This document shows positions 61,156 to 64,000 of a stretch of 64,000 nucleotides of DNA, one piece after another. Source of the DNA: Malacoraja senta (Eukaryota); NCBI GenBank assembly GCA_038087875.1, contig CM075995.1, positions 1,924,001 to 1,988,000 of the forward strand, given 5' to 3'. Both the position numbers and the translations under genes were made by a program. Numbering within the stretch: position 1 is the stretch's first letter; each line of letters starts with the position of its first letter. The notes under the pieces are model-generated. The model saw nothing but the letters and a program-made list of their open reading frames with translations. It was not told where the DNA came from and did not search any database.

Positions 61156-61939
61156 ATGTTCCACTGTGGTGCTGCCAGTCGCACACGTTCTCGCTGGTTC
61201 TTTAGGCGTAGGAATTAACTCCTCAAGCAACATAAGATGCAACTTTTATTTTGCAACATGCTGAACTAATTACATAGCTTGCGACAGGTTTTGAATGAGT
61301 GCAAACGTTATCACGTTCTGTTTATTCATTATTGTCTAACCTGTTATTCTGCTACAAGGTTTCAAGTAATTTGCATGCACCAAGCTACAAATTAAACATT
61401 GCACTAAACATCAAAAAGGTTCACAGAACTTCACGTAAGAAGAAATCTGTTACTACTGTGTAGAAAGGAACTGCAGATGCTGGTATATACAAAAGATAGA
61501 TACAAAGTGTTGGAGTAACTCAGTGGGTCAGGCAGCATCTCTGGAGAAAAGGAATAGGTGACGTTTCAGGTCGAGACCCTTCCTCAGTTTAGTCTCCAGA
61601 GATGCTGCCTGACCCGCTGAGTTAGTTCAGCACATTGTGCCTATCTCCTGTTGCTACTTGGAAGGTTGACAGTGGGTGAAATTAAGGAAGTCAGCACAGT
61701 ATTTATATTCTACTTGACTAGCAAGCAAGTTCCACTTTCAGAAGTACATCAGGTACATTTTGGGGCACCACAGTTGTTAGACTAGTAATCCAAAGGCTTG
61801 AACAATCCGTGGATGGCAGTTGAAATCTCATTATTGCAAAGGTGGATCTTCAAATCTACCTCGTTCCGGACCTTGGACTTTTCCCTCTGGAACAGTAACA
61901 CTACTCTGCCGCAAAACTATTTCTCCTTGTTAACCTCTC

Positions 61940-62550
61940 CGAGGTTAATTCCCGGGATGGCAGGACTGTCATATATTGATAGAATGGAGCGACTGGGCTT
62001 GTATACACTGGAATTTAGAAGGGTGAGAGGGGATCTTATTGAAACATATAAGATTATTAAGGGATTGGACACGCTAGAGGCAGGAAACATGTTCCCATGT
62101 TGGGGGAGTCCAGAACCAGGGGCCACAGTTTAAGAATAAGGGATTGGCCATTTAGAACAGAGATGAGGAAAAACGTTTTCACCCAGAGAGTTGTGAATCT
62201 GTGGAATTCTCTGCCTCAGAAGGTAGTGGAGGCCAATTCTCTGGGTGCTTTCAAGAGAGAGTTAGATAGAGCGCTTAAAGATAGCAGTCAAGGGATACGG
62301 GTAGAAGGCAGGAACGGGGTACTGATTGGGGATGATCAGCCGAATGGGCCGAATGGCCTACTCCTGCACCTATTGTCTATTGTACTACCTGTCGTACTTC
62401 TGTACAGCTGAATTGTAACGTTTAAGAAACAATTAAACAGGTTCATAGATAGGACAGGTTTAGAGGGATATGGGCCAAACGCAGGCAGGTGGGACTAATA
62501 TAGATGGGACATGCTGGCTGATGTGGGCCTTGGGGCCCGTTTACACGCTG
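61940..62550 (+). mobile_element. CR1/HER1-like LINE 3' fragments
   Basis: RLIPGMAGLSYIDRMERLGLYTLEFRRVRGDLIETYKIIKGLD.. then frameshifted GESRTRGHSLRIR..WNSLPQKVVEANSL. Confidence 0.9.
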
Positions 62551-63036
62551 TATGGCACTATGATTCTATGAATTGTATTCACATGTGATATGATCTGATT
62601 TAATAAAATAGCTTGCGCAAAAAGCTTTTCACTGTATCTCGGCATGTGTAACAATAATAAAACCATACCAATACTTAAATTTTGTTAATAATGCAGGATC
62701 TTCCCAAATGAAAGAGTGACTAATCTCAGTAATACAGAGCTAAAATGTTGTTTGATTGTTGTTAAAATCCCAATTGGTTCACTCATGGAGAGAAACCTGC
62801 CAAACTCAGGCCTGATGTGACTTTAGATCCTCAGTCATGTGGTGGACTAATAGCTCATGAAATGGCCGAGCAAGTCATCCATCTGTACGATTACAGTAAT
62901 TTGTTATTTACATAAACGTAAAACGAGTGAAACGGGACAGTCCATTTGACAAGGACTTTGCACTGGCACAATTACATCATTTTCAGATCAACCTTGCTAA
63001 ATCCTCCTCATAAAACACCAATGCCGGTGATGGCAG

Positions 63037-63330
63037 GCCGGCACGGTGGCCCAGCGGTAGAGTTGCTGCCTTACAGCGCCAGAGACCCAGGTTCGATCCC
63101 GGCTACGGGTGCTGTCTGTACGGGGTTTGTACGTTCTCCCCATGACCGCGTGGGTTTTCTCCGGGACCTCCAGTTTCTTCCCACACTCTAAAGACGTACA
63201 GGTTTGTAGATTAATTGGCTCGGTGTAAATGTAAGATTGTCCCCCGTGTGTGTAGGATAGTGTGGGGATCGCTGGTCAGTGTGGACTCGGTGGGCCTGTT
63301 TCCTCGCTGTATCTCTATACTAAACTAAGC
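63037..63330 (+). mobile_element. V-SINE (HE1-like)
   Basis: ggcacggtggcccagcggtagag..ggttcgatcc head, V-domain, tail. Confidence 0.85.
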
Positions 63331-63774
63331 TGAGTCTAAATGGGAGAACTGTCCCACAAACGCCACCACTGCAACTCAGAACAAAGCCTCACCCAAAATG
63401 GCCACTCCCACATAGCCCATCTGCCTGAGTCTGTCTGCCATATATACGCCACCAAGAGCAGTCACTCCCAGACACTGGACAGTCTGAAGAAGGGTCTCGA
63501 CCAAAAACTTCACCCATTCCTTCTATCCAGAGATGCTGCCTGTCCCACTGAGTTACTCCAGCATTTTGTGTTTATTCTCGGTGTAAACATGCATCTGCAG
63601 TTCCTTCCTACACACTGTTGGCTCTTTTTAAAATCTCATTATTATATGATAAACCATCTTTGGTTCAATGAGGAGCGCTGGAGGGAACACCAGCAGCTGC
63701 ATCAGTCCTAGCAAAGTAATGGGTGCCAGTGCGCAGAAGCTGCAACAAAGGACCGTCCTCTGGAGGAATTTACA

Positions 63775-63997
63775 AGTTTTTTTACAGAGGGCAGTGTGTG
63801 CCTGGAACGCGCTGCCAGTGGCAGTGGTGGAGGCAGATACAATAGTGGTATTTAAGAGGCTTTTAATTGGCACATGGATGTGCAGGTAATGGAGGAATAG
63901 GGATCACATGCAGGTCGAGACGACTATATTAACGGCATTATGTTGAGCCCTTCACTGTAGGCCAAAGGGTCTCTTCCTGTGCTGTACTGTTCTATGT
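63775..63997 (+). mobile_element. CR1-like LINE 3' end
   Basis: FLQRAVCAWNALPVAVVEADTIVVFKRLL. Confidence 0.75.
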
Positions 63998-64000
63998 ACA

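Overview
Eukaryotic (vertebrate) genomic DNA, very repeat-dense. The repeat set (HE1/V-type tRNA SINEs sharing tails with CR1/HER1-like LINEs, plus Penelope-like and Rex1/Babar-like elements) points to a cartilaginous fish, probably a skate or ray (inference). The only host coding sequence I can find is one 167-bp internal exon of CDKAL1 (tRNA methylthiotransferase) on the minus strand (11362-11528), so the rest of the window is probably CDKAL1 intron. Other contents: about 25 V-SINE copies; many CR1 and Rex1 3' fragments; four Harbinger-type MITEs; a 2.6-kb TIR element with a 5-bp TSD; a non-autonomous Helitron with nested CR1 and Gypsy fragments spanning a 200-N gap; and six CpG-rich non-autonomous retroposons that share a stem-loop. 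The most striking system is the Penelope-like (Neptune-type) elements. More than 20 inserts are present, many carrying a minimal hammerhead-ribozyme core (CTGAnGA..GAAAcgTH). Many are fold-back inverted repeats with one 'long' end (about 37-nt tail) and one 'short' end, and TSDs of 11-15 bp. They range from a 23-bp micro-insert to a 2.07-kb palindrome encoding a GIY-YIG endonuclease. Repeat boundaries are read by eye and are approximate unless a TSD or terminus is quoted.
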